NCBI GenBank assembly: GCA_002633005.1
Contig: NMRA01000029.1
Coordinates: 1,150,086-1,214,085, forward strand
DNA length: 64,000 nucleotides
Reading direction: 5' to 3'
DNA from: Phoronis australis
Taxonomy: Eukaryota > Animalia > Phoronida
The position numbers and the translations under genes are program-made. Shown here one piece after another: positions 38,070 through 51,288 of this stretch. The notes under the pieces were generated by a model. The model did no database searches, was not told the DNA's origin, and saw nothing but the letters and a program-made list of their open reading frames with translations. Every line of letters begins with the position of its first letter. Position 1 is the first letter of the stretch.

Positions 38070-38405
38070 GTTTTACACAGACGTAGTAGATGCTGACGTA
38101 GAGCATGCGATCATCTGGTTTGAATCTTGTCAACCATGAGTTTGCTTTCCTGAACGACCTTCGGCAGCTGGATGTCTTGTAGCGACAAGAGTCAATGAAC
38201 TGCTTCACGTAAATGCTGTTCGCACGTTCGGAGCTGCTCAATATGACGTTTTCATCGTCATGATTTGGGCAACACTTCGACGTACAACTGCTGATGGACA
38301 GGTTCCAATTGGACAGGGCAACAAACGCCTGCGGCGTTCCATCATCTGCTGGTGGACATTGTCGTATAAGTGTACCGCCGTAACAGACGTGCGTTTTGAA
38401 GGCAT
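38070..38405 (-). CDS. Gene B exon 3: SUEL/galactose-rhamnose-lectin-like Cys-rich domain
   Basis: tcgcag|(D)AFKTHVCYGGTLIRQCPP...SSCTSKCCPNHDD...DSCRYKTSSC...MLYVSIYYVCVK|gtaaaa. 112 codons open, phase 1-1. C-x-G-x2-L-x3-CP start and Y-x2-I-x-Y-x-C end resemble SUEL. Confidence 0.78.
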
Positions 38406-38612
38406 CTGCGAGTCAAGACAGAAACTTATGACCAAAATTGTTTGGCCAACGAATCACATCATTTGCGTTTTTAATGCCCACAAATTTACCGTTAAACAGG
38501 AAAAAAACAGTCAAAAGTCATCTTTATCTCACATCTGGAAAACTAACTTCAGTTCACCGATGACTGGTATCCATGGCAGTTTATGCAACATTACAGCAAC
38601 TGTATTAATTAC

Positions 38613-38681
38613 CTAAGTTTCCGAACTTCGCTACAATTACTTCTGATAGTGCACCACTTGTGAAGGTTGCCAGCAGCAAGC
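38613..38681 (-). CDS. Gene B exon 2: signal peptide C-terminal part
   Basis: ccttcag|(G)LLLATFTSGALSEVIVAKFGNL|gtaatt, phase 1-1. Confidence 0.75.
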
Positions 38682-39981
38682 CTGAAGGATAAAGAAATTG
38701 CTTGAAAAATATTGAGTGTACAGAAGCTTTCTAGAATGTGAGTATTTGTAGCACATCCGGGTTCCAGTTTGCCCATGTGTTAAATGTTTGTGTCAAATCA
38801 TTAACATTTTTACGGCTAGACAATACATAAGTGCTTGCTCCTGGCATAGAAGCAATTTGTACAAACTGGAGCTAGAGCTGGCGACACATGGGATCTGTGT
38901 TTTTTACTGCAACGTGGGCAGCAACCTGCTAGAGCGAAAACAGCTTTTGATTTAGGTCATCATGTTCTTTACTCATAATTCAATTGAAATCTATAACAGA
39001 CAGGTTGTATTTGCTGTGTCATGATGACTGTATGAATCGGACAATGTAGGAATTTTGATATGTCTATGACGCCATTTCTATTAGGCCGCCCGGCCAAGAA
39101 GGAATGTCTCATAAGCGATTCGGGGGAAACATCAAGGAAATAAAAAAGAAACTATGCAGTGTTTTAAAGTGTTATATTTATTAAATTGATAGAAACGGGA
39201 AAAAATTTATTACCATTAAAATGAGAAACAACAAACATATTACATTAGTGTTAAGAATGATGTTGTTATCACGCCCATAAAGATCGAAACAATCCTACGT
39301 TGTTGTGCTAGGTAGGTTTTCCTACATTATCCTACGCGATGTAGGAATATTCCCACATGGCATAGGATTCCTACACACAAAACCCATTAAGTTGCTTATC
39401 ACTGCGGACTTGCTAAGGCAGCTTGACCGCCAGAGGAATTACTGAGAAATTACCCTAATAACATTTTCAATTCAAACAGAGGATGAGAACGCAATGACGT
39501 TGTTAGAGGGGCAATTACGTCTACGAAGAAAGATAATATAAAACATAGTATGTGATGGGCGTAAAGCTAACGCTTCCTTCAATTTATTGCACAAACGACG
39601 TCCTATTCTATGCCTGAAGAGATAACGAGTATGGAATATTGATGTTGTAGCATAGATCAGTCACCGGAAAGGACTGAACCCGAGGTTCGAATTTTTGACA
39701 TTAACCTCAGTGTGAGATAAGATACGGTTTTATACTCACAGTATGTTACAATCAGACCACGAAGGACACTCTGGGACCGACACAGTTCTTTAAGATAAAA
39801 ATTTGTTTTAAATATTTAGAAATACGCTACTAATGATTTCGATACTATCAATAACGTAAGATTACATGTATGTCGTAATTTATTGCCCATATTCATTAAA
39901 ACTCGAGCAACACAGCATGGGTAGTCAGGGTAGGTAATGCTGTAAATTATTTCGATTTCGTGAACAAACTTGAAGTCTTAC

Positions 39982-40006
39982 CAGTTATCTTCAGAAACCA
40001 GCACAT
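39982..40006 (-). CDS. Gene B exon 1: start codon and signal peptide N-terminus
   Basis: aaATG MCWFLKIT|gtaaga, phase 1. Gives MCWFLKITGLLLATFTSGALS. Confidence 0.6.
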
Positions 40007-40429
40007 TTCATGCAAATGTGCACAAAATATTTCATTCCCGTCCAATATGCCACAGCTGAATGATCTAAGTTTTCAAGACAAAGTGTAAAGCATAGTAAAA
40101 TAGACTTCACGTGTACGAGATAAATGTACGATACGTAAGAGAATGATTACGTCGTATGCGAGTCGAAATGTCATTCCTCAGTCTCGCGAACGAATACTGA
40201 AATACACTGGCATTTTTACTTTTCACAGATCGGGATGCCATATACAGCACTGCTAGCAGAAGCAGAAATGTAGAGAGCAATCCGATTAGCCTGCTAGTGA
40301 TGGGCTTAGACCGGGGTTTTGATATAAATGACTAATCTTTACGACTGTGTGCATCTGAATCCTAATCGGTCCGTTACGTTACAGTAACAAATGCTCAGTC
40401 ATCGTGGCAACGGGGAAAGAGCACAGTAA

Positions 40430-40585
40430 CCAAAACAGGAGCGATTTGAGGCCTGATCGAAAGGCCTTAGTAGAAGAAACTGTCACTAATTCCTCGGGCA
40501 GTTGATTCCAATCTAGTATTGTACGTGGGAATAGAAAATAGTTGTAGCAGTCTGTATTGTACACAATGGGTTGCAAACACCAGTC
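40430..40585 (-). mobile_element. CR1-group LINE 3' remnant
   Basis: NTDCYNYFLFPRTILDWNQLPEELVTVSSTKAFRSGL matches the FFPRTIxDWNxLP ORF2 C-terminus. Confidence 0.8.
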
Positions 40586-41559
40586 GTCACTGTAAATTGT
40601 CAACAAATTTATTTGCTGCAAAAGGTTTACAGTACAGTGTATACTGACCCCAACAACGGCAAATTGATTTTTCACGAATTGACGGAAACGAAAAACTCAT
40701 GGGAAATCTTCCCAGCAAATTATCCAGTCACTAATTGTGTCTCAGGTCGTAAGCCCGGTCATAGCTATGACCACAGCTGGAACGTTAGAGAGCTTTGGCT
40801 ACACGTTGAACGCGAAAGTGAACGCGTGTGTCACCAGAGGCTACAGGTTCACGCTCGCGTATGCGTTGTGTTCCATAGGAGAATGGGAGGATAGCGGGAA
40901 TGGAGGATGGCGGGAATTTGGAGCAACCAGATGGGGACATTTTTCATTGAACGGGAGGGGGAGGGACACAAAATTGATTGAGTTCTGACCGGGAGTTCTT
41001 ATTTTACAATGAACAGTGGTGTCATGGCCCACTTGTGCCCCTGTTGGCTACGCCAGCGCCAGTCACTGTGTAGTTCGTCGGAGAACTTTCCAAGTGGTGG
41101 CAAGGGCGGGACCGGGGAGTGGGGCAATTGCTCCCGGGCACATCGTTATGTTCTACACCCGGTGGAAATATTTACTCGGCACAGCATCCTCGGCTAACTA
41201 CATTCACCCATATAAAACACGTGTAGTTTAACATACATGCATTCACAATGTTGAAAAAGTATGTAAATAGATGTTGCTCCTACAAGTAACACCTTCTGTT
41301 TAAATGAACAATTGTACATTGAGATTATTACCAATGACCAGGGTAGAAAGTTTGTAAGCTGGTTATACTTGAGTATATACAGTATATCTTGGCTGGGTTA
41401 CATAAAGCTCCAAAATTATCCGCTGGATAAGTTTGATTGTTGCATGACGTCAGGTGCATTGTTCAACAAGAACAACGTGACGCGTGATAAAGTGAAGTCA
41501 TTGTTGCTATACGGCGTATAACTTTTATGCAACTGGGCCCTGGTGTCCCAAAATGAGCC

Positions 41560-42048
41560 ACATTTGACAAGCAATTTCTCAGCAACTGACCAACCAAATT
41601 CGTTCATATTTTTCACAAAGTATTTCCAAGGTGTCATCAACAAGTTTGCACAGTACCTTAGCGAAATATAAAAAAATTATGGAAGTAATGTGAAATACAA
41701 TACAGCAGGGTGAAAAATACAATCTCACTGTGACTTTCATCTGTCCATGCTGTGGTGGCATCTTTCATTCAAAAATTGCCAACCTGGATATCAAGTCTAG
41801 TGGTTTTATATCGTAAGATCTGTATCCAAACCGGTTTATACATGTAATTATAGTCAGGTTTGTTGTGTAATTTTATTGGAATTTTTTGGAGAAAGTGGAA
41901 ACTATACATTTTTGGAAACCTCATGGAATGACAAATCAGAAAATAATTGATTCCATTTTTGGCGGCCATCTTGGCGGCCATCTTGAATTTCAAAAAATGG
42001 CGTCTGCCCATAGTAATGACAACCCTGGTGAATCTGCTAGCTGTTTTG
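41560..42048. mobile_element. Non-autonomous DNA element fragment with tandem GGCGGCCATCTT motifs
   Basis: TTTTGGCGGCCATCTTGGCGGCCATCTTGAATTT at 41957-41990. Abuts the truncated LINE 3' end. Boundaries approximate. Confidence 0.4.
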
Positions 42049-44950
42049 TCATCCACCCTCAGGGTCATACTCTTCTCCTCTACGAACCAAATCCAGCTTA
42101 CACACTCTTTCTACTGTGGTCTCCGCTGCTGACAACCATGATTTGGTACGTTTTAATCTGGTGTCTTTGGGTACAGCCAACTGATCATGCAAGAGATGTT
42201 TCCTGTTTTTAGCCACCCGGAACATTGCTTTCAGCTGGGCTAGTCTGTGCCTTTGTTCAACACTCGAGAGCCCCAGAATGTATCTCATTGCTGCTATTGG
42301 GGGGTCCTGATTACATCCAAGGATAATTCGCATTCCAGAATTCTGTATCCTCTCTAATTTCATCATTTGTGTCTTGGATGCTGTGATGATGCCCAAACCG
42401 TAATCAATGACTGACATTACTACCGCCTTGAAGAAAATCAATAGCTGGCGTTGTTCTACTCTACAGGTAGCCATGGTCTTTAATGCAGCTAGTCCATGTG
42501 CGCAACGCTTAATTTGGTGGTTCACATGCTCTTTGTAACTCAACGTTCTGTCAAACATTATCCTCAGGTACTTAAGGCCAGGTACTCTTTCCACTTCCTC
42601 TCCCCCTATTCTCACTTGCGTCAAGTCTTTGCATACTATGTGGTTATCCAGAGAACACCAGAGCGATGCGGCCTTAGCGGGGTTCACAACTGCACTATAT
42701 TCATCACACCATTCATTGACCTCCTCCAGAGCCTTTCCCGCAACCTCAACCATGTCATCTCTGTTGGTGTCTGCTGTGTATATAAGGGCATCGTCTGCGA
42801 AAACGTGTCGTGTAGATGTGGTACATTACTGGTGACAGTGGCGATCCTTGTGGAAGTCCAGGAGTTATTGTAACTGGATTCGACACACACTGCTCCAATT
42901 GTAGCGCAACCGTGCGTTTCATTAGTGCGCTTGCCACCCAGTTAATGAGATGCGGATCCAGCTGACAATCGACTAGCAGGTTCATCAGTTTTTCGTATGA
43001 TACCTGACATACGCATCCTCAACATCAAGTGCCACTGCTATTGTTTCCTTCTTCCTCCTAAATGCCTCGAAAGTGTCATAGGCAAAAGTTGCGGCGTTTG
43101 TTCATGTATCTGTTCCTCTTCTGTAGCTACCAAGAGTTGCAGGGAATAAGACCTCAAGATTGTATGAAATGATCTGCGCCACCATTTTCTCCATCAATTT
43201 TCTAACGATATTGTGCATAGTAATCACTCTATAATCATTTAGCTTCGTGTGATCCATGTCTGGTTTTGGTATCACCGCCAGGTAACTATGTAGCCAATCT
43301 TCCGAAACCTCTCCCATGCTTAGGCTCTCATAGTACATATTGGCCAACTCTTCTAGCTCCTGGTCAGACAAACTGCTTAGCATTTTGTAATCGATTTAAT
43401 CAGATCCTGGTGCCGTGCTCTTTGATCTTGACAGTGTAGTTTTGATATCTTTAACAGTAAAAGTGATGGAGGAAGCCGTGCCACTGATGAAGCCATGCAT
43501 TTTGTCTTTCACTTTGACTCTTTCCTCAAGATTTTTCTGGTCAGTCTGTTCCAGGTATCGGCCTAAAAAGGCAAGACCATTGCTTTCAGCAGTTTCCAAG
43601 AGTGTTCCATCTGTTGGTTGTGGCAGATTCTCATTCATTCATACTTTTGTGGAGGCTCCAAAACTCCCCAAGAGCCCGATCATTTCGAACGTTGTTGAAA
43701 AACATCTCCCAGCGTTCACGCTTGGCACGTCTGACTTTGGTTTTTAAATCCTGAACTGCCTTCTTCATTTCATCTTTAGCCAATTCAATTTCTCCCTCTG
43801 TAGTTGGTTGGTTGTGCCTTAATGTTTGCCATTTTTGTTATTAATCTTTTATGAGGCCAATCCTCGTCCACTTCCTCGTTCCACCATTGTGGTTGCTTGT
43901 AGGCTTTCCTCTTCCTTCTTCCTTTTGACTTGTGCTTTTGCTGGCGTAGTTTGGCAATGAGGTTTCCATAAGTTGCACTGTGTGAATACTTAAACACATT
44001 TCTTCGGTGTTTAATCCTTGTTGCTTTGTGCTGTCTGATCAAGACCGTGCATAAAAGATGGTCGCTTCCATGGCTACCAAGAGTGGTAAATTTGCACCCC
44101 AGAACCCAAAGTTGTAAACACCATCTAAAAATAGATTTTGACGTTAAAGTACATGTCAACAAGTCTGACCCCATGATTTAAAAGTACACATGCACAAATT
44201 TTGGGCAACTTAAAATGGCTCTATTCTTACTAATTACTTAATCAATATTTATTCTGACACTCCTGTCCTCTGAGCAATCCTAGTAACTGTGCCGTCGTTA
44301 ATGCATACCAAGTCTGAATTTACCAACCAATTCTCAAGCTCTTCTCCTTGTGGATTTGTTGTTGCATTGTCCAACAGTAATGTCCGAGCGTTGAAATCTC
44401 CACAAAAAATAATCTCTCCATTCAGGGCAGAGACAACATCGTGCAAAACGTCCTAATCGTTCGTCCTTGTAAGCATATTATTGCATGCAAATATGTTAAT
44501 TATGTTTATGCTTAATTGGGAATATTTGATTTTAACACACTCCATTTGTATTCTATCATTGCTGTAATTTTCAAAGTCCAATTTTGTTGCTGAGATACCA
44601 GATCTAATCAAGATGGCATGTCCATGATTTGCATTTTCAGAGATCACTTCATATCCGATATCTTAAGTGCTTTACCATCTTCCTTACATTTCGTCTCCTG
44701 TAGGGCCCGGATGTCGTGGTTATACACTAATCTTTCTAGAATATCTCCTCTCTGGTAGACACTTCTGCAATTCCAAAAACATAACCTAAGATTGGTTTTA
44801 CTCAAACATTGGGCCTTTGTTTCGTGCTCACGTTTCCCTGCTTGATGCCGTTTTCGTCGGGTCTCAGCATGTAACCGGACCTCAAGCTCAGGTCACGTGC
44901 TCCGTAGCTCCGGCGAGGGTTCTGTTAAATTGTTTGAAATCTCCATATGA
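42049..44950 (-). mobile_element. Decayed non-LTR retrotransposon (APE endonuclease + RT), I group (Ingi/Nimb-like)
   Basis: FWNCRS..LQET, FCGDFNA, GSDHL (endonuclease); APGSD, IPKP..DYRVI, GLPQGSPLSP, YADD, RIQNSGMRIILG (RT and C-terminus). Many stops and frameshifts. Confidence 0.92.
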
Positions 44951-45344
44951 ATAGTTGTATTTGCCAGGAATTAAAGTCGTTCGCCTGGCAGAGCCTGAAT
45001 ACCAGATACTGTTGAATTGTAGACGTTAGTGACTTCTATCCCCCCACCATTCAGCCCCTCAGCATGTCGACATTGAGCTTGGGGTGTAGCACTATACATT
45101 TTTATGAAAAGTAAGTAGGTTGTGATGTCCCAAAGATTGTTTTTTGGAAACAGATTTGATTTTTGTTCTGCTGTAAACAGGTCGCTGCTCAAGTGAGATT
45201 TACTTCGAACAATCAATTTTCTTGGAAACTGAAGTTGTATGCAGCCCCCTCAACTAAATTTGGCAGAGGCACTCTTGGTAATTTTTTCAATTTGAAATTT
45301 TGATGTTTCCTGAAGTAATGTATTATTGTTAACACATTTTGCAG

Positions 45345-45726
45345 GTGCACCTGTAGCAACTGTCAGACAACCCCAGTTGTTGAAGAAGAGTATGTTGTCA
45401 AGGGATCGACAAGGTTGTTGCAAAACTTGATGAAAAAATGAAGCGTTACAACTTACACAGACGAAAAAAATATATTGCGGAGCAGGGGGACTTTAAACCT
45501 GTATGCATGGCTGCAATACAAAAGTGAATATACTGATGGCTATGACAGACCCTTGGAAAAAAGGATGGGAATCGTGGCCTACAGGCAGTTCCAAAGATGG
45601 GTATATGACCACTTGGGACGAACCGTCCTCGTTGTCATTCCAGCATACGCAGTAGCCTGCATCAGAGCTTTCTACCCTCCGCCAGGAAATGAGGAGGACT
45701 TTGAGTTCCATGGATTTTCCTACTAG
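45345..45726 (+). pseudogene. KolX (P2X7 C-terminal/Nanor-like Cys-rich protein) of a Kolobok transposon, decayed
   Basis: tttgcag|CTCSNCQT..EEE..CCQGID, then AYRQFQRWVYDHLGRTVLVVIPAYAVACIRAFYP...FHGFSY*. Confidence 0.82.
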
Positions 45727-46796
45727 TTTCATCCATTTATAGTTATGAACAGTTGTCTTAGCCCTGGAATGCCAACTCCTGCACATGACCTATGTATTCT
45801 ATTATTAAAAGTTGTGATTCAGGGATTAGCCTTATGTAATTCGGATGAGTTGCAAAGTTATAGTGACAAATTCCATAGAAAGAACATACATCATAACAAA
45901 CGAATGCAATCACAGTGCAACCTCAGCGGCATGAACTTGAAGTTGGCATTCCATAAATAGACTTCTGTGGTTTCAGAATGGTAAAAAAGTGACACAGCGA
46001 GCAGCATTTATTGATGCTCATCAATCTGGTTACTTATAATAACATGGTCATGACAAGTGTAATTTAACTAGGACTACATTATAAACCTCTGAACTCAACA
46101 TCAGTTAAACTTATGGTTTACCTAGGTAAACGGAGGAATTGGTCTCACTGGAGTTCAGTTTGTGTTCTTGAAGCGAATACATTGAACAGTATGGCTGTTA
46201 CATAAAAAGTTAAGTTTTGAATATGGGCCATTGTCAGAGGTTGAGACTGAATCTCCTGCCCTCTTCTTATACGGTAGAACTCTCTAATTTGGGAGTGCTT
46301 CAGATTGAACTTTAGAAAGGTTATCATTAATTCGGCAATAACGCCATAACGCCTCCAAATAACTCTGATTTTGATGAAGTATCTCAGTCTCACTGGATCC
46401 AACTTAGCGAGTTCTACTGTATTTCTCAGCTAACACAACACATCAACCACTGAATCTCAACCCAAAAGCTCCAGTATGCAATAGCTTTAGATATCTATGA
46501 CATGGTATAAAAACACAAAAAGTATGCACATGTTTAGAAAGTGAGAAATATGGAGGGAGCTCTTGAACCACTCACTCAAAAATTCCCAAGAAAATGCTCG
46601 AATTCTGTGCAAGTGATTATTCTGTCGTGCAATTTGGATGATATTGTCGCAGGAAAAGACTGACGACCCAAACAGGTACCTTTTCCTATACCGATGTACT
46701 GTATGAGACAGCAACACTTTAGTGCAAATCAAATATACCTTAAAAGTAATGCCACAAAATTTATAGTCATTGTATTAAAAACATTGAAATATTTTC

Positions 46797-46943
46797 ATGG
46801 GCGGATCCAGGATTTTGAGTTAGGGGGACCAGGGCACAGTATTAGCCAGGATTTTCCCGTCAGACATTCGCTCCCTCGAACTGTCAAATGGAATCTGGGA
46901 GAATTTTAGGAGAGCCATGGCCCCCCTTCTAAGTCCGCCACTG
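46797..46943. mobile_element. Short hAT-like MITE
   Basis: CATGGGCGGATCCAG ... CTAAGTCCGCCACTG inverted ends. Confidence 0.55.
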
Positions 46944-47164
46944 GTTTTAATATAAGAATATCGTATATCACCGGGTTTATCTATATAAACGGGACAGCCA
47001 AATGCCACACACAGAAAATTTTCACAATGTCCAGTACTGGTACTATAAACACTCTGGCATTGCTATCTGTACCACTATCAAAAATGTAATCCAAAACATT
47101 GGTAGTGACATATGTGTCGCCAAGTAATTCCAGTGCTGTCCATTGACAAAGCAGCCAGAATAAG

Positions 47165-47337
47165 TTTATATGAATACCGGTTCCTCATCTGTGCCACGGC
47201 ATCTTCCTTGGACACATCTGGAGCACCAGCAGAAGGCATTGGAAGGGCATCAATTTCTAAGCGAATTTCAAGATCACCAGCTTCTCATTTGTTTCGCAGT
47301 AAGTGCAAGGTGTTCTCCCTTACTTCATTCACATACT
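47165..47337 (-). pseudogene. Kolobok transposase last-exon remnant
   Basis: tttcag|(E)YVNEVRENTL...PSAGAPDVSKEDAVAQMRNRY resembles the KEExVxxxxSRF C-terminus. One in-frame stop. Confidence 0.5.
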
Positions 47338-47720
47338 CTGAAAAGCAGAACAGCAGCAATTCAAAAGGAAAATTTTGAATCCAGAGTAGTCGATGATTAA
47401 AGTAAAACACGATGATATCTAACTGCTAGTGTTCACCTACTTTTATAACCTTCAAGCAAAAGCCAAAACTAGATTTTAATCCTGTTTTTTAATCAGATTA
47501 CCTTAATAATCAAAACGTACATGCATCTTTTGAGATCAGCTTCATTTGTTGTGGCTTTTGGTTTTACTACTAGTCAATTTATAACTAAATCTTTCACGGA
47601 AAAACAACAGATTTTTAAACACTTGAGAACTATGGTTATTGTGAAAAAAGGTCGTTATTTGTTTAGGCACTGCGAAAGCGTCATGAATTCTTAGACATCA
47701 AAATTATCAAGGTAACTTAC

Positions 47721-47967
47721 CTTTTTACAAGACCAGCTTCAGCCTTCATGATGTGTTTGTCGTCGAAGCAGCCGTCCTCGAAATGGTCGGAGCATATTTC
47801 GGCTCCAACAGATGTCTGACTCGACAGTCATTTTCCAAAGACGAGCAGTGCACACGAAAACGTGCAACTACGCGGTGAGACGCTTGTCTTATGGGAATTT
47901 AGATGGCTCACGCCTTCCACCTGGGAGGTGTTAGAACAGTTAGCGCGCACACACACCGATGCACCAT
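47721..47967 (-). pseudogene. THAP domain first exon of Kolobok transposase, decayed
   Basis: MVHRCV..ANCSNTSQVEGVS..KFP...EICSDHFEDGCFDDKHIMKAEAGLVK|gtaagt, with frameshifts. Confidence 0.8.
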
Positions 47968-48279
47968 TGATAAAACACGCCAAGATTGAACGGTCTTTGT
48001 TCGTCGTGTACTGTGATATATTGGTGGTGAACTGCATCGTGGGATAAGATCTAGTTTGTGTTCCCCAACACCATGTCACGGTGTCAAAGGTCAACTTTTC
48101 GCTGATTTTTATTTTCGTTTGTTTAAAACAACTAAAGATACAATTATACGATAATTTGAATAAAATACATCCAAATAGCAATACCTTGTAGATTTTATTG
48201 CAATTTAACATACTTGGACCTTGCAAAGTACACTTTAAGCGATCGTGCAAACGTGACAACTCGACGTCAGAGTCATCTG

Positions 48280-48640
48280 TGGCCGGTTGCATGAAACAAT
48301 CCCAAATAAGGACTCAGCTACGTTCCCTAAATTTTCTCGTATTTTTTTCGCTCTTTAGGCACACGAGATGTAATATTTTTATAGTTTTATCTTTATTATG
48401 AGCTCTTCTTGAATAATGGCATTTTCTAATAATATAACTAAAAACTGAGCCCTTAATTCAATCAAAACAGTTAGGGATTTAGTCCTTAAATTGGGGGCCT
48501 TGCATGAAAAAATCCCTACTTATTTTCAATAATATTGAAAATTCATTCTCGATTTGTATCAAAGCCAAAAATTGGCACAGTAATGATACTTAATGAACTT
48601 AGTTGAGTCCCTATTTGAGATTGTTTCATGCACCCGGCCA
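48280..48640. mobile_element. PIF/Harbinger MITE
   Basis: ~40-bp TIRs TGGCCGGTTGCATGAAACAATC... / ...GATTGTTTCATGCACCCGGCCA with 3-bp TSD CTG (48277-48279, 48641-48643). Confidence 0.85.
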
Positions 48641-48657
48641 CTGGCGTTGCTTCCACG

Positions 48658-49642
48658 TCATTTGGTGCTAGACGCATCAGTAAACTCATTAGCGAAAATC
48701 CATCAATCACCACAAGCAGCATCGTTACTAACAATGGTAAAGTCATAGCCACTGGTGAAGTATGGACGTAAAATGTACAGATCACAAGCGTGAGCAAAGA
48801 CGTATGAGGTTGGCACAAGATCCTTGTAGCTATAATCGGGATCAACGTCAATTTCCTACGTCTTCTTTGTCAACTTAAGTCAATGTACAGCCCTGTTTCT
48901 AACATAGGATTGCTTTAAGACTAATTTCCTGTTTGCAAACCCAACACGACATTTCTGAATGGAATCATAACCCCTTACTCACATGGACATAGTCGTCCAT
49001 TTTTGACATATTCATTGTATTGATCCCGAATCATTAACTAGGAACGCGGCCCTGCGCGTGTTCATCTGAACAATCGGGATGCAAAACTGTCTACCCGGTA
49101 ATTTTAAACAACGCATTTTAACCGTTGACTAACGTTTAAAGAAATCAAAAACCGAAGGTATTGACAGGTCTTATGAAAAGGGATTTCGCGAGTTCTGCCT
49201 CGATGACGGAACGCCAGATTTTACTAGTTCCGACATACAAAAACATACACGCGATAAACTGCTTGATCACTCATTGCATGGCGGTCTGACANTCATTTGG
49301 TGCTAGACGCATCAGTAAACTCATTAGCGAAAATCCATCAATCACCACAAGCAGCATCGTTACTAACAATGGTAAAGTCATAGCCACTGGTGAAGTATGG
49401 ACGTAAAATGTACAGATCACAAGCGTGAGCAAAGACGTATGAGGTTGGCACAAGATCCTTGTAGCTATAATCGGGATCAACGTCAATTTCCTACGTCTTC
49501 TTTGTCAACTTAAGTCAATGTACAGCCCTGTTTCTAACATAGGATTGCTTTAAGACTAATTTCCTGTTTGCAAACCCAACACGACATTTCCGAATGGAAT
49601 CATAACCCCTTACTCACATGGACATAGTCGTCCATTTTGACA
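48658..49642. repeat. Near-identical duplication ~48658-49008 / 49293-49642 around a single N (probable assembly artefact)
   Basis: Two ~350-bp copies, n at 49292. Confidence 0.8.
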
Positions 49643-50962
49643 CATGTTCGAATGAACTCTGATCTTACAACAAGATTGTGTGCTGAGGTAAACGGTAAAT
49701 CTGCCCGGAAAAGAGCCTGTCTCACTTAACTGTTGCACCAGACTAGTCCCGAATCATTAAGCAAGGGCCACTGCTCCACGAGTCGTCTTCAGAATCACCA
49801 GAAATCACCATGAAATGTCAAAGACGAACATCCGTGTCGGCTGTCTTAAGGTTATTTCGAAAACTGAGCCGATTTGAAAGCAACACGTAACAAGAAGTAC
49901 TAACGCTTTCATGACTCGTCGAAATTTACCGATCAGTTACAACGACTATAAACCACCGATACATGAAAGAAATTAACTACATTGATTTGAATGGCTTACG
50001 TCTATAAAATAGATCTCAGCTTGTTATTCTCGTGAGAAATAGTTTCTGGGTTCGAAAAACGCCATTTTTGCTTGAGCCCATACTTAGTGCATCAAAGTAC
50101 CAGCCGCAATCGTCCAGAACCTTGTGTCATGGCAGTAGATGACGCAATTTTGAACCGGAAATAAGAATAGACATGCCTGCATTGAGTCCAAAACGTCACA
50201 ATGACGTCATGCAAAAAAATTATTCCCAAGCCTAGAACTCAGCTCTAACTTGAAGAAACCAATTTTACAACAGTATGTGGTCTAAATCAGAATTTAGGTT
50301 TTGTGCCGGAAGTGGGTTCATCATAAGTCGCTTCAAAAAACGTCCCGGTGTTGTTCACACACTGTTTGGACAGCAGTGAGACTATGGTTGGTTTTGCTAC
50401 GATCATCAATTTCAAATCGGACCTATGATTCTGAAGCATCCTCTATTGCCAAGTGTCAAACATAAACTACATGCTCCATTGCTTTCCTTCAAAAGAGTCC
50501 CAAAGATAAACATTGACATTGTATGTGGTTAAAATCTTACAAATTGACAGGCACTACCTAAACTCGAACTGCTAGCGAATAAGTAAAAAGGAATGATAGC
50601 GGCTGGAAACGTTTTAGATTTTGCATTTCAGCTTATACTTAGTCGCAGTTTATGGTTTACTTAAATAATGTTATATGAACATTTTGATAAAAATCTACCA
50701 TAAAAGAAGCAATTTCAATTACAACCTTTGCAGAACCCCCAGATTAACTTTTAAAGGATTTTTTATCCCCTCATTCACAATGTTGAGAATTTGACGGCTA
50801 CATAAAATATTGTCCCCACAAAGTGCAACTTGGGTGATATTATTTTCGGCAAGTACATGTAAAACACAACAGGAGAGAGAAAACGAGAATAAGTTATGAA
50901 GTTACGAATTGCCCGAATCTATCAGCCGTAGTGAAACTTGATGTCAAGTTTGTGCGAATATT

Positions 50963-51057
50963 ATGCTTTATCCCATACGCGTTGAATCTGTCGAGGGAAA
51001 TACGGCCATGTAATCATGTTTTCCGTATGCATCTCCTGCACTACTTCATCAGTGACC
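50963..51057 (-). CDS. Gene A candidate terminal exon (frame and acceptor ambiguous)
   Basis: Pyrimidine tract then cag. Reads RSLMK* or, from nearby AGs, ..EMHTENMITWPYFPRQIQRVWDKA*. Confidence 0.3.
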
Positions 51058-51145
51058 TCTGACATGGAAAGTTCAAAAGGTAGGTCAATATCGACTCGAC
51101 GTCGTTAGCCGGTTAGATCATCAAATTTTCAGAAAATAGTTAAAG

Positions 51146-51288
51146 CATGGGCGGCGCACCATAAGGGGCTGGGGGCTATAGCCACCCCACTTTTTTCAGT
51201 GCTACGCTACACATGGTTTATAGGCGATGTACCACAGGGGGCTGAGGGGGCTTTAGCCCCCCACTTTTTCAGTGCTGCGCCACCCATG
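51146..51288. mobile_element. Short hAT-like MITE with internal tandem duplication
   Basis: CATGGGCGGCGCA ... TGCGCCACCCATG, with two GGGGCT..AGCC.CCCCACTTTTTCAGTGCT units. Confidence 0.6.
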
